Assembly: GCF_963678795.2 (NCBI RefSeq)
Contig: NZ_CAXXIR010000002.1
Span: forward strand, 356,861 to 420,860
DNA: 64,000 nucleotides
Reading direction: 5' to 3'
From: an uncultured Methanoregula sp.
GTDB lineage: Archaea > Halobacteriota > Methanomicrobia > Methanomicrobiales > Methanospirillaceae
Under the pieces are notes generated by a model. That model did not search any database and was not told where the DNA came from. It worked only from the letters and a program-made list of their open reading frames with translations. Each line of letters opens with the position of its first letter. Position 1 is the stretch's first letter. Positions 46,872 through 56,263 of this stretch are shown in pieces. A program made the position numbers and the translations under genes.

Positions 46872-48137
46872 ATGCCTATACACCATATTCATGTGGAAAA
46901 TTTCAAGAGTTTTTCCGAGATTGACATCGACCTGTCCGGGTTCAATGTCGTGATTGGTTCCAATGCTGCGGGAAAATCCAATTTCATCTCGGTCTTTAAA
47001 TTTTTACGCGATATTGCCCGGTACGGTATTGCCAATGCCATCGCCATGCAGGGAGGAGCGGAATACCTCAGGAACGCAAAGATAGGATATGAAAAAGATC
47101 TTGTCATCCGGGTGGATTACACTCCTGACCAGAAGCTCGAGATTGTGGAACGGCCGGGTCACGAACCGTCACTGCTTGGCCTGAGGTCCTGTGCCTCATT
47201 CTACGAGTTCTCCCTGCGGTTTCAGGAATCCGGGGATAACTTCACTATCACAAAGGACCGGCTCGTGATCGGTTGTGAAGTGTCAGCCTGCGAACGTGAC
47301 GGAAACGCTCTCCGGGAAACATCTCCGTTCGGAAACGGTGAACTGGTAGTATCCAGTGAGAACGGCGAAGTCCGATACACTTCCCGTATCCCGGAGGGTT
47401 GTTGCCTGACCGAAAACGAGATTGTGCCGGCCATGTTCCGGGGCAAGCACCTCCCGGAAAAGACCCTGCTCCTTGAGACCATCTACGGCTATCCTCTCCC
47501 CCACGTAGAGAAATTTTTTGACAGGATTGCGGTCTACGATATCGACCCGAAACTTCCGAAACGCGGGGTTGCCATCACCGGGAAACGCGAGCTCGATGAA
47601 GACGCAGGCAACCTTGCGCTCGTTATCCGGAATATCATCGAGGATCCTGAGAAGAAGCGGAAATTGTCCAACCTGCTCCGCGACGTGTTGCCGTTTGTCG
47701 AAGATTTCTCGGTCCGGAAGTTCATGGACGTCTCACTTATTCTCACCCTCCGCGAGCGGTACACAAAATCAAAGGATCTCCCTGCTGCATCCCTGTCTGA
47801 CGGGACCATCGCGATTTTTGCCATGATAATTGCCCTTTATTTCGAAGACAAGCCTTTCATCATCATCGAGGAACCGGTCAGCCACATCCACCCGTTCCTT
47901 GTAGCAAGGCTGATGACCATGATGAAGGAAGCTTCTGAGAAGAAACAGGTCATGATAACAACGCACAGTACGGAGGTTGTCAAGCATGCTGTCATCTCTG
48001 ACATACTCCTTATCTCGCGGGATAATATGGGCTTCTCGGTAATCTCCCGCCCGGGGGATAAGGAAGAGGTGAAGACCTTCCTTGAGAATGAGATCGGGAT
48101 CGAAGAGCTGTATGTCCAGAACCTGCTGGGACTCTGA
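46872..48137 (+). CDS. ABC/SMC-like AAA ATPase of the OLD/AriA/GajA type (AAA_15/AAA_21-like)
   Basis: 'IHVENFKSF', Walker A 'GSNAAGKSN', signature-like 'SLSDGT', Walker B 'FIIIEEPVSHIHP', and H-loop 'ITTHS'. The ATG at 46872 is preceded by 'GGGAGCGG'. Confidence 0.8.
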   Translation: MPIHHIHVENFKSFSEIDIDLSGFNVVIGSNAAGKSNFISVFKFLRDIARYGIANAIAMQGGAEYLRNAKIGYEKDLVIRVDYTPDQKLEIVERPGHEPSLLGLRSCASFYEFSLRFQESGDNFTITKDRLVIGCEVSACERDGNALRETSPFGNGELVVSSENGEVRYTSRIPEGCCLTENEIVPAMFRGKHLPEKTLLLETIYGYPLPHVEKFFDRIAVYDIDPKLPKRGVAITGKRELDEDAGNLALVIRNIIEDPEKKRKLSNLLRDVLPFVEDFSVRKFMDVSLILTLRERYTKSKDLPAASLSDGTIAIFAMIIALYFEDKPFIIIEEPVSHIHPFLVARLMTMMKEASEKKQVMITTHSTEVVKHAVISDILLISRDNMGFSVISRPGDKEEVKTFLENEIGIEELYVQNLLGL

Positions 48138-48670
48138 TGAAGAAACGCCTGTTCATCCTGGTTGAGGGTGAGGACGATGTCCGATTCTTTGGCAGGATCA
48201 TAAAACCCCTCTTTGTGCAGCGCTACGATTCGGTCGATATCATCCCGTATGCCTGCATCAAGCGCGAAAAAGTGAGCAGATTCTTAAAAAGTGTCACCCA
48301 GATGGGTAATGATTACATCTTTGTTGCCGATATCGATACCGAGCGGTCTGTCCGGGACAAGAAGCAGATCCTCTATTACCGGTTCAATGATATCAATGGC
48401 AGGAGCATCGTTATCGTCATCGCCGAGATCGAGAGCTGGTATTATGCCGGAATACCTCCTGAATCAGCCAGGGCTTTCGGGGTGGCAGATCTCGACTCAA
48501 CGGAATCACTGACAAAAGAGGATTTCAACCGCATTATGCCAAGAACATTCGATTCCCGGATCGATTTCATGTTCGAGATTCTCAAGACATTCTCGATAGA
48601 GACTGCCATAAAGAAGAACCGGTCGTTTAAGTTTTTTATTGATCGTTATGCCCTCCATGATGCGGAGTGA
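48137..48670 (+). CDS. small TOPRIM-like protein (DUF4276/DUF4435-like)
   Basis: 177 aa. 'LFILVEGEDDVRFF' is the Toprim Glu motif, 'FVADIDTE' the DxD motif, and there is also 'IAEIESWYYAG'. The start codon overlaps the ATPase stop (TGATG). Confidence 0.6.
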   Translation: MKKRLFILVEGEDDVRFFGRIIKPLFVQRYDSVDIIPYACIKREKVSRFLKSVTQMGNDYIFVADIDTERSVRDKKQILYYRFNDINGRSIVIVIAEIESWYYAGIPPESARAFGVADLDSTESLTKEDFNRIMPRTFDSRIDFMFEILKTFSIETAIKKNRSFKFFIDRYALHDAE

Positions 48671-48771
48671 CCCCAAAATGTCTCTTCTTCTCCCGGTAGT
48701 ACAATAGAAATAATTAATTGAATTCCCTGCATTATTTTTCTAATACCCCGCACACGCGGGAGGTTTTTGTT

Positions 48772-48933
48772 ATGATGGAAAGATACGTCTGCCAAATCTG
48801 CGGCCACAAATATGATCCCGAAAAGGGAGAACCCCTCCAGAATCTTGCACCTGGCATAGACTTTACCGCCCTTCCCGACACCTGGCAATGCCCGGTCTGC
48901 GGGGCGGAGAAAACCCTGTTTGCAAAGGAGTAA
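48772..48933 (+). CDS. rubredoxin
   Basis: '[12 protein letters not shown]...WQCPVCGA' provides two CxxC pairs at rubredoxin spacing. Confidence 0.9.
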   Translation: MMERYVCQICGHKYDPEKGEPLQNLAPGIDFTALPDTWQCPVCGAEKTLFAKE

Positions 48934-48946
48934 GAACTGATCCCAT

Positions 48947-50131
48947 ATGGTTTCCCGTGTTATCGTCCCCGGCATTTACTGGGTAGGTGCACTCGATTTT
49001 GACCGGAGGATCTTTGACGAGCTGATCCCCCTTCCCGAAGGAACGAGTTATAACTCGTACCTCATCAGGGGCAGCGAAAAGACTGCACTCATCGACACGG
49101 TCGATCCCTCGAAGGAGTTCGAACTGATCTCGAATATCGTCAAACTGGGGATCGAGCGGATCGATTACGTTGTCATCAACCATGCAGAGCAGGACCATTC
49201 CGGTTCCCTGCCCATGGTCCTCGAGTTCTTCCCGGATGCGGTCGTTGTCACCAATGAGAAATGCAGGGATCTCCTCGTAGCCCTGCTGCATATCCTTCCC
49301 GACAGGTTCCGAATCATCAAAGACGGGGAGACCCTCTCCCTTGGCGACCGGACGCTTCAGTTCCTCATCACGCCATGGACCCACTGGCCCGAGACCCAGC
49401 TGACCTACCTCCGCGAGGACAAGATCCTCTTCCCATGCGATCTCTTCGGCTATCACCAGGCAACAAGTGATCTCTTCGTGACTGATACCGCACAGGCATA
49501 CCGGTCTGCGAAACGGTATTACGCCGAGATCATGATGCCGTTCCGTGGCAGTATCAGGGGGTATATCGAACGCGTCAGGGAACTTCCCCTGGAAATGATA
49601 GCACCCAGCCACGGCCCCATCCACCGGTCTCCCGCGTTCATCCTTGATGCTTACGCTGACTGGGTTTCCGATGCTGTTAAGAATGAAGTGGTGATCCCGT
49701 ACGTCTCCATGCACGGGAGCACCCAGAAGATGGTGGAACACCTGGAGGAAGCACTCATTGCCCGGGGTATCAACGTCCGACCCTTCAACCTGACCCACAC
49801 CGATATCGGGGAACTTGCACTCGCGCTGGTCGATACAGCGACCGTGGTTGTTGCAACGCCAACCGTTCTCTTCGGTCCGCACCCGCAGGTTGTGTATGCC
49901 ACATACCTGGCCAACATGCTCAAACCCAAGGTACGGTTTGCATCGGTGATCGGATCGTTCGGCTGGGGCGGCAAGTCTGCTGACATGATCGTCAAAATGC
50001 TCGACCATGTCAAGGTCGAGGTACTGGAACCGGTCATTGTCAAGGGACAGCCTGACGAAGCCGCGATGCAGGCCATTGACCGGCTGGCTGACGAAATATT
50101 AAAAAAGCATAAGGAGATCAACCTACTCTAA
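48947..50131 (+). CDS. fprA: flavodiiron protein (FprA-type, F420H2 oxidase-like)
   Basis: Metallo-beta-lactamase-like N-domain with 'INHAEQDHSG' (HxExDH) and a C-terminal flavodoxin-like domain. Confidence 0.88.
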   Translation: MVSRVIVPGIYWVGALDFDRRIFDELIPLPEGTSYNSYLIRGSEKTALIDTVDPSKEFELISNIVKLGIERIDYVVINHAEQDHSGSLPMVLEFFPDAVVVTNEKCRDLLVALLHILPDRFRIIKDGETLSLGDRTLQFLITPWTHWPETQLTYLREDKILFPCDLFGYHQATSDLFVTDTAQAYRSAKRYYAEIMMPFRGSIRGYIERVRELPLEMIAPSHGPIHRSPAFILDAYADWVSDAVKNEVVIPYVSMHGSTQKMVEHLEEALIARGINVRPFNLTHTDIGELALALVDTATVVVATPTVLFGPHPQVVYATYLANMLKPKVRFASVIGSFGWGGKSADMIVKMLDHVKVEVLEPVIVKGQPDEAAMQAIDRLADEILKKHKEINLL

Positions 50132-50147
50132 AGGAGTTGCCCGAGTC

Positions 50148-50528
50148 ATGACAAAACTGTTTGAAGTATACAAGTGCGAAGTGTGCGGGAACATCACAAA
50201 AGTGGTCCACGCCTCCGGGGGAACCATGGTCTGCTGCGGCAAGCCCATGACCCTCCAGGTTGAGAAAACTGCGGATGCCGGAAAAGAAAAACACGTCCCG
50301 GTCATCGAGAAATCTTCCAAAGGTATCATCGTGAAAGTCGGTTCCATCCCCCATCCCATGGAAGAGAAGCACTACATCGAATGGGTCGAAGTCAGGCACG
50401 GAGAGAATGTCTTTATCCGGGGATTCAAACCCGGTGAGAAACCCGAAGCCGAGTTCTGCATTGCGGATGTGAACGTCAGGGCTAGGGAATACTGCAGCGT
50501 CCACGGGCTCTGGACCAACAAGGCATAA
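50148..50528 (+). CDS. dfx: desulfoferrodoxin (2Fe superoxide reductase)
   Basis: Centre I 'CEVCGN...CCGKPM'. Centre II 'EKHVPVI', 'HPMEEKHYIEW' and 'CSVHGLW'. Confidence 0.9.
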   Translation: MTKLFEVYKCEVCGNITKVVHASGGTMVCCGKPMTLQVEKTADAGKEKHVPVIEKSSKGIIVKVGSIPHPMEEKHYIEWVEVRHGENVFIRGFKPGEKPEAEFCIADVNVRAREYCSVHGLWTNKA

Positions 50529-50606
50529 CCCTTGCCGGCAACTGCCGGAACCTTTTCCCCTTGTTTTTGGCAAATACTAATAGAGCTAACGTGTAACCCT
50601 TAAGTG

Positions 50607-52067
50607 ATGCAGCGGTTTTCGCATCTCACAACGATTGTCGCGGATCTCGGGGATATCTTTTTCTTTACCGCCCCGCTTACCATTCTCCCCCTGATCGTTG
50701 CGGTGCTCTTCGCTGAATGGGGGATGCTCCTCCCCATGGCATCTGTCCCGGCAATCTTTTTTGGTGCGGGGATCCTCCTCCGCCTGGTTCCCCGTCATGA
50801 ACGCGGTGTGCGGCTCTCGACGGCGCTCTGTTCTGTTGCCCTCTTCTGGTTCTGCTGTGCCCTTATCAGCGGTCTCCCGTTTGTTCTTGGACTTCACATG
50901 GGATTTCTTGACTCTCTCTTCGAGGGAATGGCGGGCTGGACCGGCACCGCATACACGATGCTCGCGTCCCTGGATACAACCCCTCATACCCTAATCTTCT
51001 GGCGCTCCTATATGCAGTGGATCGGCGGGCTCGGGATCATCGCCTTCTCAATTGCCCTTGCAAGCAACTCCGGCCTCTTCCGCTCCAAGATCCTCCGGAG
51101 CGAAAGCCGCGACGAGCCCCTCATGCCCAGTATAATGCATGCCGGGCGGGCGATCTGGAAAATATATGGTATCCTGACGTTCTTTGCAATAGGTCTCATC
51201 TTATTTACCGGGCTCTCTCTCTGGGAGTCCGTCAATCTCGCGCTTTCTGCCATCTCCACGGGAGGATTCACTCCCCATAACGGGGGAATCCTCTACTACA
51301 ACAGCACGGTTCTCGAACTCATCCTTATCCCGATCATGATTGCCGGCGCCCTGCCCTTCAAGCTCTATTACCTGATCACCGAGAACCGGCGCTGGAGTCT
51401 TTTCGGGGATGAGCAGGTTAAACTCTTCTTCCTTTTTCTTGCCGCGGGTGTGGTCGTCCTCACGTATGATCTCATCTTTTTTGGGAATCTCGAACTGCTC
51501 CCTGCACTTCAGCAGGGCCTGTTCATGACCGTTTCGTCCATCACCACGACCGGGTTCCAGGTGGCGAATATCCATACCTGGGCAAGCGTCACCGTGCTCT
51601 TCCTCGCGATGCTGACCTTCATTGGCGGAGCTGCCGGCAGCACGGCAGGGGGTATCAAGCTCGACCGGATAGCGTTTGCCTACCGGGCCCTTACCTGGTG
51701 GTTTCACCGGCTTTACGTGAGCGGCAAAATTCTCATTCCCTTCAGGATCGAAGGACGGGTTATCCCGAGGACAACCGCGGAACTCCTTGCAGCAAAGAAC
51801 ATGCTCGTCATCATCCTATCCGTTGTTATCATCTTCATTTCAACGCTGGTTATCATCCAGTTCCATCTCACGACCTATACGGTAACTGAAATAGTCTTTA
51901 GTGTTGTTTCGGCTTTCTCCACCTGCGGGCTGAATGCCGGGTATGTCTCTCCCGATATGCCGGTCATCTCGAAATGGATCATTATCATCGTCATGTGGAT
52001 CGGGAGACTGGAAGTAATACCTGTGGTGATGCTTTTCCTCGCCCTGTTCAGGGGTTCCGAGTCCTGA
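50607..52067 (+). CDS. trkH: TrkH-family K+ transporter subunit
   Basis: About 10-12 TM helices with repeated pore-loop-like 'TGGF', 'TTGF' and 'TCGL' segments. The ATG is taken one codon after the GTG in the track. Confidence 0.85.
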   Translation: MQRFSHLTTIVADLGDIFFFTAPLTILPLIVAVLFAEWGMLLPMASVPAIFFGAGILLRLVPRHERGVRLSTALCSVALFWFCCALISGLPFVLGLHMGFLDSLFEGMAGWTGTAYTMLASLDTTPHTLIFWRSYMQWIGGLGIIAFSIALASNSGLFRSKILRSESRDEPLMPSIMHAGRAIWKIYGILTFFAIGLILFTGLSLWESVNLALSAISTGGFTPHNGGILYYNSTVLELILIPIMIAGALPFKLYYLITENRRWSLFGDEQVKLFFLFLAAGVVVLTYDLIFFGNLELLPALQQGLFMTVSSITTTGFQVANIHTWASVTVLFLAMLTFIGGAAGSTAGGIKLDRIAFAYRALTWWFHRLYVSGKILIPFRIEGRVIPRTTAELLAAKNMLVIILSVVIIFISTLVIIQFHLTTYTVTEIVFSVVSAFSTCGLNAGYVSPDMPVISKWIIIIVMWIGRLEVIPVVMLFLALFRGSES

Positions 52068-52154
52068 ACGGGGAGAGATATGGCCGGTTTTACGCAACTT
52101 TACTTTTCTTAACATCAGGAAATCTCATATAAGCAGCCGCCCCATAGTAGGACA

Positions 52155-52967
52155 ATGAAGCAGATCGCCCTGTATGGCAAGGGTGGAATCGGAAAATCCA
52201 CCACATCAGCCAACCTCTCGGCAGCACTCTCCTTGATGGGTCTTGATATCCTGCAGATAGGATGCGATCCCAAGCGGGACAGCACACGGATGCTGATGCA
52301 TGGAAATTTCATCCCTACCGTTATGGATCTGGTCCGTACCAGGGGCGATGCTGCAATCTCCCTTCCGGATATCGTTTTCTCTGGTTTCAACGGGGTGCGA
52401 TGCGTGGAAGCAGGGGGGCCTGAGCCCGGGGTCGGGTGTGCAGGGAGGGGGATCATCGCGACCTTCCAGCTCCTTGAGAAATTCGGCGACCTTAAAGGCG
52501 ATGTGATAGTGTACGATGTGCTCGGCGACGTTGTCTGCGGGGGGTTTGCCATGCCCATGCGTGAAGGGTACGCACAGGAAATTTACCTTGTAACGTCCGG
52601 TGAACTGATGTCGCTGTATGCCGCAAACAACATCTGTAAAGCCATCAAACGGCTTGCATCCCGGGCCAAGAGCAAGTGCCGTCTTGCCGGCGTTATCTGT
52701 AATGCGAAAGGCGAGCCCCGCGAGGAGGAGCTGGTACGCGAATTTGCCGGACGGGTGAACAGTTCACTTGTCGAGTATATTCCCCGCGACCGTGTAGTCC
52801 AGCTGGCCGAACTGAACAAGAAGACCGTGCTCGAATACGACCCGGCTTCAAACCAAGCCGCATGCTACCGCTCGCTTGCCACCCATATCATGGAGAACAC
52901 CAGCCTCACGATCCCCACCCCCCTTGAGATTGATGACCTCGAACACCTCGCCTACCGATACATCTAG
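52155..52967 (+). CDS. NifH/BchL/CfbC-type ATP-dependent reductase (Fe-protein homologue)
   Basis: P-loop '[10 protein letters not shown]', 'GCDPKRDST', and cluster cysteines in 'GVGCAGRGI' and '[10 protein letters not shown]'. Confidence 0.9.
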   Translation: MKQIALYGKGGIGKSTTSANLSAALSLMGLDILQIGCDPKRDSTRMLMHGNFIPTVMDLVRTRGDAAISLPDIVFSGFNGVRCVEAGGPEPGVGCAGRGIIATFQLLEKFGDLKGDVIVYDVLGDVVCGGFAMPMREGYAQEIYLVTSGELMSLYAANNICKAIKRLASRAKSKCRLAGVICNAKGEPREEELVREFAGRVNSSLVEYIPRDRVVQLAELNKKTVLEYDPASNQAACYRSLATHIMENTSLTIPTPLEIDDLEHLAYRYI

Positions 52968-53973
52968 GTTCCGGGGCTGCACTCTCACGGGAGCGCTCTC
53001 GGTAACTACGCACGTCCGTGATGCGGTGAGCGTGATTCACGGGCCGAAGGGATGCAGCCATCATAACGTCTCCCTGCTGCACGCCACGGGACTGGAGAAC
53101 CCGCGCATTCCCCTTCCCGATCTTATCTCGACCGCCCTCTCGGAGACTGATATCATCTTTGGAGGTGAAGAATCACTTAAAAGGACCCTTGAAGCTGCCA
53201 CCGGGCGGGATGTGCGGGCTGTCTTTGTACTCTCCACCTGCATTATCGATACGATCGGCGACGATGTGCATGGCGTCTGCGGCGGGGATTTCCGGATTCC
53301 GGTTATTCCGGTCCCGACTGCCGGTTTTCTCGGGGGTACATTCCAGAACGGGGTAAATAATGCCCTCATCGCCATCGCGGGCACGGTCCCCCCCTGCAGG
53401 AAAGATACGGGAATAAACATCATCGGCGAGCGGAACCTTGAGTACGAAGTCGAGGAGAATTACCGGGAGATCCACCGGATCCTTACCAATCTCGGTCTTG
53501 CAATCAACATCCGGTTCGTGCATACCTCGTCCCTGGACCAGATCTCCTTCCTTGGAGCCGGCCGTCTCAATATCCTCCGGGAACCCGGGCTGATTCCCGT
53601 TGGAGAATACTTAAGAGAACGTTTTGGCACTCCCTATATCGCATCGTTCCCCATGGGGCTCTCGGGAACGCTCTCTTTTATCGAAACGGTTTCCCATGCA
53701 TGCGGGATCAACGGAAAAGCCGTTGCGGAGGAGGAACGGTTCCTGCAGGAGGAGATCCTGGATGAGTTCTCTGATATACGGGACACACCTGTTGTCTTCG
53801 ATCAGACGCCCACCGATCCGGAGAGTGTCCTCGCAGCAGAGGAAGCGGCCGGGATGCTGCAGCTGAAGATCGGCTCTCATAAAGACAGCCATCCCCTGCC
53901 TGCTGCGCCATCAGTCGGCACACACGGGGTCCGGCGTATGCTCCACCGCTGGAGGCGGGCGATTCATGCCTGA
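52933..53973 (+). CDS. nitrogenase component-1-like subunit (NifD/NifE/BchN-like)
   Basis: 'RGCTLTGA', '[10 protein letters not shown]' and '[12 protein letters not shown]'. Only about 346 aa. The start is uncertain, and the first in-frame ATGs overlap the NifH-like gene. Confidence 0.75.
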   Translation: MTSNTSPTDTSRFRGCTLTGALSVTTHVRDAVSVIHGPKGCSHHNVSLLHATGLENPRIPLPDLISTALSETDIIFGGEESLKRTLEAATGRDVRAVFVLSTCIIDTIGDDVHGVCGGDFRIPVIPVPTAGFLGGTFQNGVNNALIAIAGTVPPCRKDTGINIIGERNLEYEVEENYREIHRILTNLGLAINIRFVHTSSLDQISFLGAGRLNILREPGLIPVGEYLRERFGTPYIASFPMGLSGTLSFIETVSHACGINGKAVAEEERFLQEEILDEFSDIRDTPVVFDQTPTDPESVLAAEEAAGMLQLKIGSHKDSHPLPAAPSVGTHGVRRMLHRWRRAIHA

Positions 53974-55090
53974 ATGCACGAACCCGCTCTGGCCCTGTGC
54001 AATGACCGGAGCCGCTGCCTGTCTTGCCGGATTCGAGGGTATCAGCGTAGTCATCCACGGATCGAGCGGCTGTTACTATTATCCTGCAACCCTCCTCCAT
54101 GCCCCCCTTCATGGCACCTTTATTCTCGAACACGAGATAATATTCGGATCGGAAGAGCGGCTCCTGGAAGTGGTTGGCGGGCTTTCCGGTGAAAGAAAAA
54201 AGATTGCCGTCATCACCACCTGTGTCCCGGCGGTTCTTGGCGAGGATATACGTTCGATGCTGGAGAAATACGATGTTATCTTCGTAGACAGCCCGGGTTT
54301 TTCCGGGGATGTGGAGATTGGATACCGGAAGGCAGTTGCCGCCCTGCCATGCCGGGTCGATCCGGATATCCCGGGGGTTAATTTAGATGGGGTCTGCCTC
54401 TTCGACCCATACGCTTCCGGCAATGTCCAGGAACTGCACCGTCTCCTCCGGCAATCCTCGATCCCGGTGGCTACCGTATTCTGCCAGGACAGGTTTGATC
54501 GGATCGCTGCGTCTGCCGGATATACGGTCGGGACAAACGACGATTTTGCCAGCGGGATCGGCAAATACTGTGGCGGGACCCTGGGCCTGGAGGCGATCAG
54601 GGCAACGTTTGGCCGCCTTGCGGACCTGTTCAGTGATGCGGATATCTCCCCCGTGCTTACAGAGACCGATGTTCAGGAGGAGCGGATTATCCGGGTGTGC
54701 GATAAATATCTTCAGCGCTATGATCCCCCGTCGGTTGTGATCGCAGCAGGATATTCGTATGGCCTGTTTGCAGCCCGGGTTCTCCGGCAGTATCTTGATG
54801 CAGATATCCGCTGTATCTGCTCCAGGAATCCCCCGCAGGAGAGCCGGTTTGTCTCAGAACATGTTACTGACATGGGGCGGGTAAATGAGCTTATCAGATC
54901 CCACGACCCGGATCTCGTCATCGGGTCATCCTTTGAACGGTCACTCTGCCCGGGCCGGGCGTTCGCCATGGTAACACCCCCCATGAGGGGAGAGATCCGG
55001 CTTTCACCCCGTCCCCTGGCGGGAATCAATGGCACCCTCTCCTTTGTCGATCAGGTGCTCAACGCCGTGCTGGACACCCGTCCCGACTGA
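53966..55090 (+). CDS. nitrogenase component-1-like subunit (NifK/NifN/BchB-like)
   Basis: 'NPLWPCAMTGA', 'IHGSSGCYYY' and 'ITTCVPAVLGED'. 374 aa. 8-nt overlap with the preceding gene. Confidence 0.75.
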   Translation: MPECTNPLWPCAMTGAAACLAGFEGISVVIHGSSGCYYYPATLLHAPLHGTFILEHEIIFGSEERLLEVVGGLSGERKKIAVITTCVPAVLGEDIRSMLEKYDVIFVDSPGFSGDVEIGYRKAVAALPCRVDPDIPGVNLDGVCLFDPYASGNVQELHRLLRQSSIPVATVFCQDRFDRIAASAGYTVGTNDDFASGIGKYCGGTLGLEAIRATFGRLADLFSDADISPVLTETDVQEERIIRVCDKYLQRYDPPSVVIAAGYSYGLFAARVLRQYLDADIRCICSRNPPQESRFVSEHVTDMGRVNELIRSHDPDLVIGSSFERSLCPGRAFAMVTPPMRGEIRLSPRPLAGINGTLSFVDQVLNAVLDTRPD

Positions 55091-55224
55091 TCCATCTCCT
55101 TGTTTCCGGATTCAGCAGCCCGGGCTGCCTTTCCGTTATCTCAAAGATCACTTTCACCCTGCGCACGCTGACAGGTTATATATCTGCCGGATCAACGCCA
55201 TGATACGACAGAAGGTGGTCGTGT

Positions 55225-55635
55225 ATGATGGAAAAAGCAGGATATCTCCAGCGGACCGGATACAGCGCTATCGACAGTGACGGGAATATGCATGAAGTCA
55301 TTGAACTCCATATTCTCGGAACCCGTTATGCCATCCGACGCTCGGATCTCATCCGGGCAGTCTCGGGCCGGGTGGTAGTGCAGGTGGAAGAACTCACCCG
55401 CAACTGGAACTACTACCTTGGGATTACCCGGGGACTTGCCCAGGTCTCGGCTTCCGGTAAAGCCCTGAATGTGGAACTCTTCGGGGCTGGCAATTTTACC
55501 CTCTCTCTTGCCAGTCTCCGGGCCGTGATGTACGGTAAAGAGCGGCTTGCCCCTGTCGTGAAGATCCCGGAAATCTCTTCACAGAGATTCCACCGTGTCG
55601 TCGAAGGACAGCAGAAACTTGGCGCAACAGTCTGA
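55225..55635 (+). CDS. hypothetical protein downstream of the nitrogenase-like cluster
   Basis: 136-aa ORF on the same strand. No family recognised. Confidence 0.4.
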   Translation: MMEKAGYLQRTGYSAIDSDGNMHEVIELHILGTRYAIRRSDLIRAVSGRVVVQVEELTRNWNYYLGITRGLAQVSASGKALNVELFGAGNFTLSLASLRAVMYGKERLAPVVKIPEISSQRFHRVVEGQQKLGATV

Positions 55636-55678
55636 CCATCATATACGGGACCCTCCCGTCCCCTCTTTTCACGGGTAG

Positions 55679-56263
55679 TTAATAGAACTGGTTCACCGCG
55701 TAAATGGCAGACGGGGCCGTGCGGAGGATCTGCATCGTGGCCCCCCCGGCGGGTGCAACTTCGATCGAGAACTCGGTATCTTTCCCGATGCCGGTTGTAG
55801 GATGAGCACTGATTGAGAACAGTTCGCCTTTATCCAGCACGTTATCAGAAATCCCGCGTTCATTCTGGCGTTCCGTAATTGCCCATGTTCCCGGTGTTGT
55901 GGAAGAACTGAAATATCCCGGCACGGGTGCAAGTTTCTCCAGGTGAGTTTTATCACTGTAGGTGATCACCACTTTTTCTATGTCGATGGGTGTCCCCCCT
56001 GAGGCTACGCTGATGCTGAAATTGACCATATCAATGGTGCTTCCCGGTGTACCGACACCATACACGCTCCCTGCCAGCATCAGGGCCGAACTGGCCTGCC
56101 CGATACCTGTATGGATCACCTCCTGGCTTTTCTGGGTAGTGAAGAAACCAGCGCCGATCACTACGTAAGCAAAGACGGCTGCAACAGTGACAAATGCAAT
56201 CAGGACGATTGCGGCTTCAAGTCCTGTAAATGCATGTTCGTTTCTGTTGCCCGTATTAACCAT
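55679..56263 (-). CDS. archaellin (archaeal flagellin, FlaB/ArlB type)
   Basis: Class III signal peptide and conserved N-terminus 'FTGLEAAIVLIAFVTVAAVFAYVVIGAGFFTTQKSQEV'. Confidence 0.85.
   Translation of the reverse strand: MVNTGNRNEHAFTGLEAAIVLIAFVTVAAVFAYVVIGAGFFTTQKSQEVIHTGIGQASSALMLAGSVYGVGTPGSTIDMVNFSISVASGGTPIDIEKVVITYSDKTHLEKLAPVPGYFSSSTTPGTWAITERQNERGISDNVLDKGELFSISAHPTTGIGKDTEFSIEVAPAGGATMQILRTAPSAIYAVNQFY

Noticed and set aside
52155-55090. Interpreting the NifH/D/K-like genes as a genuine nitrogen-fixation operon.
   Set aside because: The D/K-like proteins are about 130-150 aa shorter than NifD/NifK. There are no nifB/E/N/V or glnB-type nifI genes adjacent. The architecture fits group-IV/DPOR-like reductases instead.
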